The position numbers and the translations under genes were made by a program. A stretch of DNA of 64,000 bases from Veleropilina oligotropha. Its lineage: Eukaryota. Positions 46,858 to 60,640 of this stretch are shown here, in pieces. The notes under the pieces are model-generated. The model saw only the letters and a list, made by a program, of their open reading frames with translations, was not told where the DNA came from and searched no databases. How positions within the stretch are numbered: position 1 is the stretch's first letter; every line of letters begins with the position of its first letter. The stretch is taken from the NCBI GenBank assembly GCA_048128005.1, contig JBEUKZ010000078.1, positions 62,001 to 126,000 of the forward strand, written 5' to 3'.

Positions 46858-47407
46858 CTGGAAAAGTAGATTTGAAAAAAAATAATGAGAATGAGCAAAA
46901 AAGTTTTGTTGATCACCATTTTCACAAGAAACGTCATTACTATCCACATATTTTTGTTTCATTTTACTTTTTAGCATATGTTTGAATCGTTTAATGTTTC
47001 TTAGTATGACATCATTCACAGTCATACCAGGACATGCCCAAATTAAGATGGGAGGATTATTTATTGTATGTAACCACATGTGTATACCCCGATATATGGA
47101 GGGTTACCAGGTGCGGATCCAGGAATTTTGCTTAGGGGTGCTGAATTTACTATCAACTGATCGCGTGGTGGCGGGGCCCCACGCGAAAGAAAATTTTGAC
47201 AATCAACAGCCTGAAACCCCATCTCCTGCACTCTGACAGGGCAAAGGCGATATTTCTTACCAACATTTATTAACTATTTTCACTAAAATGTATGAGTATT
47301 TTTTCACAATCTAACACATTTCTGCTTTCAAACGTGGGGTCCAGACCGACTGTATCCCCAGAAACGTCCGGGCCCCACTCGCAAGAAAACACATCTGCTA
47401 TATCTAC

Positions 47408-47495
47408 CTCTCTGTCAGGATAAATCCATTATCATCCAGCACTGGGACTTTGTGGAATGGGTTTATCTTCAAATATTCCTCTTTTAAATGTTCCC
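47408..47495 (-). CDS. GSTT: GSTT-b exon 2 (proximal copy)
   Basis: 88 nt; [30 protein letters not shown]. Confidence 0.9.
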
Positions 47496-49228
47496 CTGAA
47501 AAGAATAAATGTACAGGTACTTTAATAAACCAGAGATGCATTTATTTACTCCTGTGAGAGCGTATAATAGCCTTCAAAGGGGCTCTACAGACATTTCAGT
47601 ATAATATCATATGGTAGTAACACAGTTGACTTGATTGGAATCAGCTTAGTTCTATTGATGACTACATTATAACAATTTTTCAATCATACCTGTACGTAAT
47701 CCGGTCTCGGTTGCATGTCTCCATCTGATCGGCAGATACAGTGAAAGTGTTAAACAGATACAACGGACCTGTATAATACCTGTGAAAACTGGAGAAGTGA
47801 ACTCAAGAATACTTAGCTGATGTCGTGTTCCAGCAGCATAACCACTTGGCCACAACGCCCCAAAACTGAAAGGACTAACTTTAAAGGTGATGATTGGCCT
47901 TCATGAATCATACAAAATAAAACAGACATTAGTGGCATAATTATTTGTATTCAATTACTGTATAATTTATATAATAATCACTGTCAAAAGTCACTCAAGA
48001 TGAATCATAGAGTAAATTGTATAGCTGCATCTGGTGTGTTCCCACCTCATTAGGCAATCTGCTGCAGAGGCCATTCGATTATATCTGGACTTAAAAACAA
48101 ATTCTGCGATCTGTTGTCATGCTATGGGGGCCGCTTCGACAGCGCAGTGGGTAAGAGTGTCCACTCAAAATTCACTGGCTTGATTCCGCTAATGCGAACA
48201 GTAGTGGGTTCAATACCTGGCTGGGGCATTGACATTTGTTCAAGTTATGAATCACAGTTGTCCGTGACTGGCCGAAGAGGGCGGGTTTACCCGGGCGACC
48301 GGAGTTTCCTCCCGCGATAACACGGACATGTCCTGCCTTGAACCTCGATGTTGTAAATATACAGGACATTAAGCATCATTCCTCCCTCCCTCATGCTATG
48401 GGCAGGAGGCATACATCAGGAAAAGCATGTGCGATGGGATGCAGTAATCTGTTTGATACATTAGTAATGTGAAGCATTTAGTCATGCACTAATTCGACAT
48501 ATAATGAAATATTGTTACCTTCGAAGTTTGCCCACGCAGTAGTGGGAGATATTGCAATTGGGTCTGTTTATCTGTCTGTCTGTTCATATCTCAACAACCA
48601 TTGATCCAATTTACTCAATTTTTGTACACAAGATAGGGTTCACCCTACACTCGGTCCTCCTCAAAGATGAACGGTATCGGAAAGTGAATCTGGATTTTAT
48701 GACGCAATTTCCGGTATGTCTGTCCGCGAGCATATCTCAACATTCATTGATCCAATTTACTCAATTTTTTCCACCCTATGCTCGGTCCTTCTCAAAGATC
48801 ATCGGAATCGGAAAGTTGTTCCGGATTTTATGACACTATTTTCAGTTTGCAGATTTTCAGCTCTCAACAACCATTGATCCGATTTACTAAAAAAATTTAT
48901 ACAAGATAGGGTCTACCCTAGGCTCGGTCCTCCTTAACGATGATCGAATTTGGAAAGCGGATCTGGATTTTATGATGCAATTTCCGGTTTATGGATTTTT
49001 GGCTCTAGAGCTAGAACGCTTCGCGATACAAACTTCCAAATAGGCTCAAGATGTTCTTGAACTATTATTCCCAGATATTTCTAGCTTTCACCATTCCTTG
49101 CCACCGGGGCGAAGGTTTGCACTCTCTGATTGCCTTGTTATAACTGAATTGTTGTTGAAACACGTTACAATTAAATGTACAGATGTATACAGGTACTTAT
49201 CTAACGTACTCTCAACAACTATTCACAC

Positions 49229-49346
49229 CTTTATTTAATGCTATATTATTTGCCATGAATGGTATTTTCGCCACTTTTAAGAATAAATACACGGACGTCG
49301 CAGGCTGTGACATCAAATTGTAATACAACTTCAGCTGCTTTGCCAT
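49229..49346 (-). CDS. GSTT: GSTT-b exon 1 (proximal copy)
   Basis: 118 nt; MAKQLKLYYNLMSQPATSVYLFLKVAKIPFMANNIALNK|G, donor GT. Confidence 0.88.
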
Positions 49347-49670
49347 CTTCGCTGAGCACTGTCTGGCTTCACACTTCACAGAATCACTAGTACTTTGTAG
49401 TAGTGATCTTCTTTAGGTTCAATTATCACAAAATAAAAACAAGTAATGAGATAACTTCTTACGCTAAGTATCTTAGGAAATATTGCATTATTTCCTTACA
49501 TATTTCAGACTGCTAGGTAGCTTCCTGCCTCAAATATTTCAGGAAATAATGCATATATTTCCTATAAGAAGTTTTACGCAAGCCATTTAGAACGTGACGT
49601 CATGAAATCTCAGACTTGAGGAAAATCTCAACTTAAGTATCTTTATGCAAGCGGGGCCTGCTATATCTAC

Positions 49671-49758
49671 CTCTCTGTCAGGATAAATCCATTATCATCC
49701 AGCACTGGGACTTTGTGGAATGGGTTTATCTTCAAATATTCCTCTTTTAAATGTTCAC
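49671..49758 (-). CDS. GSTT: GSTT-b exon 2 (distal duplicate)
   Basis: Same peptide; one synonymous change (GGG/GGT); splice sites intact. Confidence 0.7.
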
Positions 49759-51493
49759 CTGAAAAGAATAAATGTACAGGTACTTTAATAAACTAGAGAT
49801 GCATTTATTTACTCCTGTGAGAGCGTATAATAGCCTTCAAAGGGGCTCTACAGACATTTCAGTATAATATCATATGGTAGTAACACAGTTGACTTGATTG
49901 GAATCAGCTTAGTTCTATGACTACATTATAACAATTTTTCAATTATACCTGTACGTAATCCGGGTTCGGTTTCATGTCTCCATCTGATCGGCAGATACAG
50001 TGAAAGTGTTAAACAGATACAACGGACTTGTATAATACCTGTGAAAACTGGAGAATTTAACTCAAGAATACTTAGCTGATGTCGTGTTCCAGCAGCATAA
50101 CCACTTGGCCACAACGCCCCAAAACTGAAAGGTCAAGGACTAACTTTAAAGGTGATGATTGGCCTTCATGAATCATACAAAATAAAACAGACATTAGTGG
50201 CATAATTATTTGTAATCAATTACTGTATAATTTATATAATAACCACTGTCAAAAGTCACTCAAGATGAATCATAGAGTAAATTGTATAGCTGCATCTGGT
50301 GTGTTCCCACCTCATTAGGCAATCTGCTGCAGAGGCCATTCGATTATATCTGGACTTAAAAACAAATTCTGCGATCTGTTGTCATGCTATGGGGGCCGCT
50401 TCGACAGCGCAGTGGGTAAGAGTGTCCACTCAAAATTCACTGGCTTGATTCCGCTAATGCGAACAGTAGTGGGTTCAATACCTGGCTGGGGCATTGACAT
50501 TTGTTCAAGTTATGAATCACAGTTGTCCGTGACTGGCCGAAGAGGGCGGGTTTACCCGGGCGACCGGAGTTTCCTCCCGCGATAACACGGACATGTCCTG
50601 CCTTGAACCTCGATGTTGTAAATATACAGGACATTAAGCATCATTCCTCCCTCCCTCATGCTATGGGCAGGAGGCATACATCAGGAAAAGCATGTGCGAT
50701 GGGATGCAGTAATCTGTTTGATACATTAGTAATGTGAAGCATTTAGTCATGCACTAATTCGACATATAATGAAATATTGTTACCTTCGAAGTTTGCCCAC
50801 GCAGTAGTGGGAGATATTGCAATTGGGTCTGTTTATCTGTCTGTCTGTTCATATCTCAACAACCATTGATCCAATTTACTCAATTTTTGTACACAAGATA
50901 GGGTTCACCCTACACTCGGTCCTCCTCAAAGATGAACGGTATCGGAAAGTGAATCTGGATTTTATGACGCAATTTCCGGTATGTCTGTCCGCGAGCATAT
51001 CTCAACATTCATTGATCCAATTTACTCAATTTTTTCCACCCTATGCTCGGTCCTTCTCAAAGATCATCGGAATCGGAAAGTTGTTCCGGATTTTATGACA
51101 CTATTTTCAGTTTGCAGATTTTCAGCTCTCAACAACCATTGATCCGATTTACTAAAAAAATTTATACAAGATAGGGTCTACCCTAGGCTCGGTCCTCCTT
51201 AACGATGATCGAATTTGGAAAGCGGATCTGGATTTTATGATGCAATTTCCGGTTTATGGATTTTTGGCTCTAGAGCTAGAACGCTTCGCGATACAAACTT
51301 CCAAATAGGCTCAAGATGTTCTTGAACTATTATTCCCAGATATTTCTAGCTTTCACCATTCCTTGCCACCGGGGCGAAGGTTTGCACTCTCTGATTGCCT
51401 TGTTATAACTGAATTGTTGTTGAAACACGTTACAATTAAATGTACAGATGTATACAGGTACTTATCTAACGTACTCTCAACAACTATTCACAC

Positions 51494-51611
51494 CTTTATT
51501 TAATGCTATATTATTTGCCATGAATGGTATTTTCGCCACTTTTAAGAATAAATACACGGACGTCGCAGGCTGTGACATCAAATTGTAATACAACTTCAGC
51601 TGCTTTGCCAT
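51494..51611 (-). CDS. GSTT: GSTT-b exon 1 (distal duplicate)
   Basis: Identical by eye to 49229..49346; adjoins non-duplicated upstream DNA. Confidence 0.7.
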
Positions 51612-53831
51612 CTTCGCTGAGCACTGTCTGGCTTCACACTTCACAGAATCACTAGTACTTTGTAGTAGTGATCTTCTTTAGGTTCAATTATCACAAAATA
51701 AAAACAAGTAATGAGATTCATTTTAGAAAATTACATTTGGCTTCATAATATACAGACAAAAGATAATCCAAATGATCTCGCTTGCCGTGAATTTCACGGT
51801 GTGTTGCTTCGCAGTATTTGTTTTGGTACAGAGGTCAATCTACACGCAAAACTCACAGATCAGCCAACGATTAACAAGGTAAGAAGTGATAAATTATAAC
51901 GGTAGTTTTGATTGGCTAGTGTTAACCTAGTGGCGGCGGATTCAAAATGGCGTAATATTTATGAAAGTTTTTACCATGTGAAAGTTCGATTAACATAACA
52001 CCACAATATAATTACGTACAATATTTGTGGTTTACGAAATCTGGTTTACTGGTATGTATTGTGACTTCCAAAGCATCATGATGCTAGTTACATACTAGTA
52101 TTGATTCAGACTATTTAATTATGCTGTGAAGAACGTTCCCTCGATGACAAATTATCTCCCCTGATTTTACTTGAGTTTTTTAGGAGTACCGATCTGGGCA
52201 TCGTTATGAATGAGACTCTTTAACAAATGTAATAGGCCTACGCCAAAATTTTAAAAAGGACAATTAAAATGCTAAAAACCGTTTGATTTCATACTGTTAT
52301 TGATCTGGTTATATATCCATGACGGTCACTCAGTCATTGAGTCAGAGATTTGCGTTTCATGGGAAGAAGAAAGTTGATAACATTGTTTGTGGTGCGTCTT
52401 TTTACTCAAATACACACAAATATACTCAAATAAACGTTAATCTATTAAAATAAGGTAATATATATATATGTACGTCATAGGAGATGCATAGGCCTATGTA
52501 TTAAATGTTATCCCTAAAATTAAAAATGTTCATATCCTGAAGAAATGCCCACATAATTAAAATACAGGCAACGCAACGACCGAAAACAACATGGGGATTA
52601 TAAAAATGAGACACCGTTTATCGAAATAACTGACACGATAATTATCTAATTCATGTGTCCATTCTGGAAAAGTAAAACACACGACATATATTAGCAATTG
52701 ACCCATAATCTTAGGTATTCAGAAATGCTAAATAATTATTTAAATCGGTGATTTAGCAAGATTGATTATCATCATTTTTACCGGTTTTGCGAATTTGTTA
52801 CCCCTGTTTCAGCATCCTTTTCTGACTAGAAATACTAATGGCGTGATTGTGTTAGAAGCACGTTTGCCCTCCATAATATCATAGTACGTGTATTTTGTAA
52901 ATGCATAGCTGTAGAATTATATCATCATCGTCTTCATCCATTTACAGATTTATGTATTTGAGACTATGTCGCTCTCTTATTCCCTTGTTGCGTTGGCTTT
53001 CTGTTGTCAAATATTTTATATTTCGAAAATTCTAGTACAAAATAAATGTTAAACATTATTAATGTATGGGGGTTAACTTGATATTCTTACATCTTTTACA
53101 TATATGTGTACATTACTTTATTTGATTGGATATACAATTATTTGAGTAAAAAGACTCACCCCATTTTTTGAAATGACAGGATTCTAACAGTCAATATCAA
53201 ACTTCATAGACAGGGCACTAGATAATTTTTACCCTGAGTGTATGGTACACCCTGTTTTAGAAGTCTGGGCATATTCTTATACTGCAGGTCCTATACATGC
53301 CAGCATTATTTTGTTTGGTAAGTTAAACCGCCATAGCAAGCCATTGTGTTTTCCCGCAAAATTTTGCGAAAATGACCTTTGACCACACAATCGTGTCCAG
53401 TCTGGTTCTCGGAGATGTCAATTCTTATCCTTCTAATTTCTTTGTAGATGCATGGCCCACACTTCAAGCATGTGCAGGGTGCTAAAATATTTCACTTAAA
53501 ATGACTTTGACCTGTTGTGATCTTGATAAAAATGCCATATTTGGGCATTTTTATATTTAATTGTTTTCTTAAATTTTTTGCCAAATTTTTTCCTGAGAGT
53601 GAGTGCATTATATAACAATGTTCAATTTTGTTGTTCGGTCATAGGTCAAGGTCAAAATGTATTTTCCTGACACACCAAGTTGTCCGGATTAGGTCTCAGG
53701 CCCTGTACATGCCAGCATGATTTCCTGTGATATGCTATCCCCTCTTAATGTGCCGTTGTGCAAGGAGGCGTAATTTTCCGAAAATGACGTTTGATCTTGC
53801 CGTAATGACCATTGACCCCTAAATCGTGTTC

Positions 53832-55427
53832 TTGATCTATATCAACGATATTGTTGATAATATATCGTCAAACATAAAATTATTTGCAGATGATACATCA
53901 TTACATGTATATTTAATTGTTGATGATCCTACATTGGCTGGGAAAATGTTGAATGACGATCTTATTAAAATAGATACATGGGCACAACAATGGTTAGTAA
54001 AATTTAACCCTACCAAGACTGAGACTCTGCTTATTTCAAGAAAGACTGTACCTAAAATTCATCCCACATTATACTTGAATAATATTCCGATACAAAATGT
54101 AAATAGTCACAAGCATCTGGGACTTATTTTTGATGTAAATGCATCTTGGCATACACACCTAACAGAACTTGCATAGAAAGCATGGAGGCGAGTGGATCTA
54201 ATGAAGTCCTTAAAGTTTAAACTGGACAGAAAATCTCTAGAAATTATGTACTTTTCTTTTATTCGGCCAATTTTAGAATACGCAGACATTGTTTGGGATA
54301 ATTGTACAAATTATGAAAAAGAAAGTATTGAAAAAATTCAAATTGAAGCTGGTAGAATTGTTTGTGGGGCAACTAAGTCTGCTTCCTCTGCGCATATATT
54401 AGTGGAAACAAAATGGGAAACCTTGTCATGCCGACGATATAAACATCGAATGTTGACTATCTTTAAGATGTTTCACAAAAAGACCCCGCCATATTTAAAT
54501 ATTTTGGTTCTGCCAAAATTGCAATAGCATAATGTTAGATCTAGTAGAAACAATAATAATCTTTATCCACCAGCTTGTAAATCTAACTTATACCAAAACT
54601 CGTTCTTACCAGCAACTGTCAAGGAATGGAATTTATTGCCATATAATGTTAGAGAAAACCCATCCATTTCGGCATTTAATCATTTTTTTAATTCTAATTT
54701 ACCAAGAGTAAAAAGTTATTATTATTATGGTGAAAGATTGGCTCAAATTTTGCACGTAAGGTTACGACTTGGGTGCAGTTCCTTGAATTCTCATTTATTT
54801 CAAAACCATGTATCCGAAAGTGATCTTTGTGTTTGTGGTCAAATAGAAACTTCTAAGCATTATTTAATTGAATGTCCGATATATTTTAATATTAGGAATG
54901 TCACCATTGGTTATTTAGATTTGACCCATTTGTCGGTCCAAGTGTTGCTAGAGGGTAGCCCTATGCTGACAAACGATGAAAACTGGGATATTTTCCGCGC
55001 AGTACACGAATTTATACTCGGTAGCAAGAGATTTGCCTAAAATAAAAGTAGGAGAGCACAATCTAAAGCAAATTAACATGACATTGAAAACAAATGACAT
55101 TTATCTCAATTGCAATACTTGTTTTCCTGTTCAATACTTTATTATATTGACATTATGCACAATAACCTACTTTAAATGATATGTTGTCGATTTAAATAAG
55201 TATCTTAAAATAATAGACAACTGCTAACGGTGAATGTTTAGTGACACAGTTTGTTCAAACTTGTTTGTTTTTTTGCAATAGTTTACGATTGTTGTATATA
55301 TAATATTTAGGTTCTGGGGAGATGGCTCAACATAAGTTATCATACTTGTTGCCAAATCCCCGAATTATTATTGTTCGTTTATTTAAATATGTACTTGTTT
55401 ATAATAATAATAAATATTGTTTAAACC
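53832..55427 (+). mobile_element. 5'-truncated non-LTR retrotransposon (CR1/L2/RTE-X group), RT C-terminal half
   Basis: FLIYIND..KLFADD..KHLG; C-terminal CxCG..ET..H..CP; one frame broken by two TAG stops (54176, 54527); 10-bp duplication AATCGTGTTC at 53822 and 55428. Confidence 0.88.
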
Positions 55428-56187
55428 AATCGTGTTCGGCTTTGTTCTCGGAGATTTCAAATCTTATCCTTCTAATTTCTTTGTAGCTGCATAGCCCACA
55501 CTTCAAGAATGTGTATGGTTCTAAAATTTTGCCCCTTTGACCTTGATAAAAAAATTAATATTTGGGCATTTTAATATTTAATTGTTTCCTTAAATTTTTT
55601 CCACCAAATTTTTCCCTGAGGGTGAGTGCATAATTGTATAACAATGTTCAGTTTTGTTGTTCGGTCAAAGGTCAAGGTCACAGAGGTCAAAATTTACTTT
55701 CCTTTCACAGATCTTGTCCGGACTAGATCTCAGTTACTGTACATGCCAGCATGATTTCCTTTCAAGTTTGGTGTGATAATCCCCCTTAACGTGCCATTGT
55801 GCAAGGTGGTGAAATTTTTCGAAAATGACCTTTGACATTGCTGTAGTGACCTTTCGTCCCCAAATCATGCCTGAACTGTTTCTCGGAGATTTCAAATCTT
55901 ATCCTTCTAATTTCTGTATAAGTGCATCATGGGCCAGAACTTCAGGCATGTGCAGGGTGCTAAAATTTTGCACAGGCCTTTCACCCTGGTACTGTGACCT
56001 AGATAAAAAATTCCATATTTGAGCATTTTTGTTTTCTTATATTTTCTCTCACAAATGTTTTTCTCACAAATGTTTTTCTGAGGGTGAGTACATTGTATAA
56101 CAATAATATTAAGTTTTGTTTTTCGGTCAAAGGTCACGATCACAGAGGTAAGAATGTAATTTCAGTCAGGGAGAAATGTCTGTTTTA

Positions 56188-57116
56188 GGAGACCTCATAA
56201 GGTCTCCTATACAGAGTACCTTGAGGTACCCTATGCAGGGGACCTCCTTTGGTCTTCAAGATAGGAGACCGTAGGTCTCCTAAATAGAAGACTTCAGTGT
56301 TAAAATTCAGTTTTGTAGACTTAAATGCCCCAGGTCCAGAACAAGATATACTAGGTCCTATAAAGGAAAGTTTTTTCAAACAGGATTGCTATTTGGCTTT
56401 TCTTCATGTGATGGACTAACTATGTAATTTAGAAGAAAAGATCTTGGTCCACATAATAAGAGACCTAGGATTTGACCTACTTTCACTGATATCAGTTCAG
56501 AAAGCATGCCTTTAGCATTAAATCCAGATGTTTTACAATATAAAATAGAAAACCTACTGATATATTTTATTATCAGAACATGTTTAATCCAAAAATAGGC
56601 CCATGGGGAGCATTTATATGTGATATTTGAATAGTACATATACAATCATGAGATACCTCATAAGGTGTCCTATACAGAGTACCTTGAGGTACCCTATGCA
56701 GGGGACCTCCTTTGGTCTTCAAGATAGGAGACCGTAGGTCTCCTAAATAGAAGACTTCAGTGTTAAAATTCAGTTTTGTAGACTTAAATGCCCCAGGTCC
56801 AGAACAAGATATACTAGGTCCTATAAAGGAAAGTTTTTTCAAACAGGATTGCTATTTGGCTTTTCTTCATGTGAAGGACTAACTATGTAATTTAGAAGAA
56901 AAGATCTTGGTCCACATAATAAGAGACCTAGGATTTGACCTACTTTCACTGATATCAGTTCAGAAAGCATGCCTTTAGCATTAAATCCAGATGTTTTACA
57001 ATATAAAATAGAAAACCTACTGATATATTTTATTATCAGAACATGTTTAATCCAAAAATAGGCCCTGGGGAGCATTTATATGTGATATTTGAATAGTACA
57101 TATACAATCATGAGAG
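56188..57116. repeat. 463-bp tandem duplication, 2 copies
   Basis: Near-identical blocks; paired ORF ends offset by 463. Confidence 0.9.
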
Positions 57117-58255
57117 ACACTCTGATGAAGGTCAAGTGAACACATTCCAAGTCAAGCATTATGTAATCAGGCCTGCTGGTAATTACTCACATGCAGATGG
57201 TTAATGACTTCCATGGTGACCAGCTTTCATGAACTAATGGTTGAATACTTTGATTATATATGTATGTATGCCTGCGTGTGTGTGTGTTCAGTCTATAAGA
57301 TAGTTTTGAACTTTAAATATGCATTATCTCAAAACCTAAAAAGTGTGACATCACAGGTTTTTCCCGTGGGCGTGTCTGTAACTTCTATCTGAACTACTGT
57401 CAGGTAAGAAACATTTATTGCTATCATGAAATATGATATATTTACATTGTGCTATTGAATGATTTTTTCCATTGTTTTGAAAAAATATTTGTTGAATGCA
57501 TCAAACAGTCTTTTAACAATTGGCACCAATAGGATAATAGCATCATAAATGAATGTGAGCCCTAATTTTTATAATCATGTTCAACCATATTTCAGTCTGC
57601 AAGTGGACCAGCATTTAATGTCTCTATCCAATCAGACATATCAACTGTGGTTATCTGCAAAAACTGGTGTTTTCAAAGCTTTTTGGTCATAACCAAATTT
57701 ATATATTTATATGTGTGTGCACATTTATGTCTTGCAGTCAAGTATTGAGGTTCATTAACTCCCTAGGGAGTATGTTATCAGTAGTGTCTTAATTAAGGAT
57801 GCAATTAAATGTTGACTGATATCTAAGTTGTTCAGGATCAAGTGTTAAGTGAAGATAATCATGTATCATGGGTACTGTAATTAACACTAATGCTTCCCTA
57901 GGGAGACTTGCAATTAGATGCAGTGTTGGCTGTAATAAGTGAAATGGTGTTCTTGAAAATCCCACATAATACCTGTAGCAAATGAACTTTCCCCAGTTAT
58001 CAATATGGTTCATTAAAGCTTACAAGCAAAAGCGAAAATGAATAAGAAGTGATCTCTTTTAATTGTTTTTATTATGTTCTATAATTGTTTGACTTGGTTG
58101 TTTGCCACCACCTGGACGGGGTGGGTTCTACTGATATATTAAAATGAAATTCCAATTCAAAATGAACAAGCCTGTTCACGTTCAAGTGGATAGTGAACTT
58201 CGGTCCAGACCAAACCAATTGATTCAATTCTATTCCAAGTAATTACTAAAAAAGA

Positions 58256-59165
58256 TTAAAGCTGCAAGCAGCTGTGAGGGCTCCAATTCAGGGACCAGTT
58301 TACAGGCACTCGCAAACACAGCATCTACCCACACACCAAATTTCAGCTTTCTACCCGCCATATCATCGAATTAGGTCAATTACTGCCGAACCAGTGGCGC
58401 CACTTAGCTGAAAAGTTTACAGGCGCTTAATAAACACCATATCTACCTGCAAACCAAATTTCAGCTTTCTACCCCAAAAATCTTCGAATTAGGTCAATTA
58501 CTGCCAAACCAGTGGCGCCACCTAGCTGAAAAATGTACAGGCGCTTAATAAACACCATATCTACCTGCAAACCAAATTTCAGCTTCCTACCCCCAAAATC
58601 ATGGAATTAGGTCAATTACTGCCGAACCAGTGGCGCCACCTAGCTGGAAAAATGTACAGGCGCTTAATAAACACCATATCTACCTGCAAACCAAATTTCA
58701 GCTTTCTACCCCCAAAATCATGGAATTAGGTCAATTACAGCTAACTGGGTCATCTGAGGTCAAAGGTCATGGTCATTTTTGAAAGCTTACCCATGACTTC
58801 CCATAGGCTCCCCATTGTAACTACATGTCTAAGATGCACCGTTTACAAGATACAGCCCCTTGAAACAATTTCCATAATGTCGTCCGATTTCCGCCATCTT
58901 GGAAATGCGATGTCAAATACGTTCCCACTACCCATTGCATTCCATCCCCTGCGTTTTTCCGAGTTCGGCAATTTTTCGCTAATTAGGTCACTGAGGTCAA
59001 AGGTCAAGGTCATTTTCGAAAGTTTCCCCATGACTTCCCATAAGCTCCCCATAGTAACTATATGTCTAAGATGCACCGTTTACAAGATATAGCCCCTTTA
59101 AACATTTTCAGTAATGGCGTCCAAGTCAGCTGGTGGGAAAAAGGAGAGAAAATAAATAATGATAA
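58256..59165 (+). mobile_element. Interspersed element of about 0.9 kb with internal repeats of about 119 bp (HINE-like)
   Basis: Starts TTAAAGCTGCAAGCAGC; near-identical copy at 62394..63300. Confidence 0.75.
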
Positions 59166-59652
59166 TTATAAATATATAGAACTGGTCACTGGGACTGAGT
59201 ACATGCGTGTAGAGTCAATAAATCAGCATCATAAACTGCCTACACCAGGCAGCCTTTACGACATCTGCAAGACCAGATCATAAAATGCCACAACTTCATT
59301 CATGATAACATCATAAATGCTGTAATCGCCTTCCTAAGACTGTAGTAGGAATAAAAATATGTCTTATAAACATAAAAAATATTGATCATATGCATGCCAA
59401 AATTTCCAATTAAAATGATCTTAATACAGTATAGTTTCAGTGAAAATTTCACTTAAATCGGATAATGGTGACCGCTGAAATAAAAAAGTGTGATTTTTTC
59501 AAAATTATTGAGAGATTCAGATGGCCGTAACTGCCTTGCTTTTGTTCCGAAAACATTTTCGCTTTCAAACTTTCTTCTTCACATAGTGAAGATCATTATT
59601 TAGGAACATCGCGTACCTCACTTCAGCCGTTTGGCCGAAGAAGATGGTATAA

Positions 59653-60640
59653 CAAGAGCTGTCAGAGGACAGCATGCTCGACTATCAAAAGCTGGATCGA
59701 TGAATGGAAATAATTTGGTAAAAATGAAGCTAGAGTTATGGCCCTTGTATTGCAAGTTCGCATAATGATGTGACAAGCGTATGAAGTTTCAAGGCTGTAG
59801 TGTGAACACTTTGTGAGAAAAGGCCCTTCATGCAAAATGTTAACCTGAAGTTGACTTTGTGAGAAAAGGCCCTTCATGCAAAACATTAACCTGAATGGTC
59901 TAAGTCGAAAAAGGGGAATAATTTGGTAAAATAACGAAGCCAGATTTATTACGCCTGTAATGTAAGGTCGCATAATGACGTTGAACAAGTGTATGAATTT
60001 TGAAAGGTGTAGTGTGAAAAATTTGTGAGAAAAGACCCTTCATGCAAAACATTAACCTGAATTGTCTAAGTCGAAAAAGGGGAATAATTTGGTAAAATAA
60101 CGAAGCCAGATTTATTACGCCTGTAATGTAAGGTCGCATAATGACGTTGAACAAGTGTATGAAGTTTGAAAGGTGTAGTGTGAAAAAATTGTGAGAAAAG
60201 ACCCTTCATGCAAAACATTAACCTGACTTGTCTAAGTCGAAAAAGGGGAATAATTTGGTAAAATAACGAAGCCAGATTTATTACGCCTGTAATGTAAGGT
60301 CGCATAATGACGTTGAACAAGTGTATGAAGTTTGAAAGGTGTAGTGTGAAAAATTTGTGAGAAAAGACCCTTCATGCAAAACATTAACCTGAATTGTCTA
60401 AGTCGAAAAAGGGGAATAATTTGGTAAAATAACGAAGCCAGATTTATTACGCCTGTAACGTAAGGTCGCATAATGACGTTGAACAAGTGTATGAAGTTTG
60501 AAAGGTGTAGTGTGAAAAAATTTGTGAGAAAAGACCCTTCATGCAAAATGTTAACCTGAAGTTTGACGCCGACGCCAACGCCGACGCCGACGACAGGGTG
60601 ACTGCAATAGCTCGTACTATTTGAAAATAGTCGAGCTAAA
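59653..60640 (+). mobile_element. HINE/Helentron-like element carrying about 4 copies of a 166-bp repeat
   Basis: CAAGAGCTG start, GCTCGACTAT subterminal repeat, 166-bp array, (GACGCC)n, 3' hairpin TAGCTCG..CGAGCTA; empty-site paralog near 62200. Confidence 0.8.

Larger units (their letters stand above)
47395..51716. repeat. Tandem duplication of about 2.06 kb (47395..49452 and 49658..51716) containing GSTT-b exons 1-2
   Basis: Near-identical blocks offset about 2,264 bp; identical short ORFs in the track; about 205-bp transposon-like spacer. Confidence 0.95.

Noticed and set aside
58256..60560. CRISPR-like repeat arrays
   Set aside because: Units of about 119 and 166 bp are contiguous with no unique spacers and no cas genes
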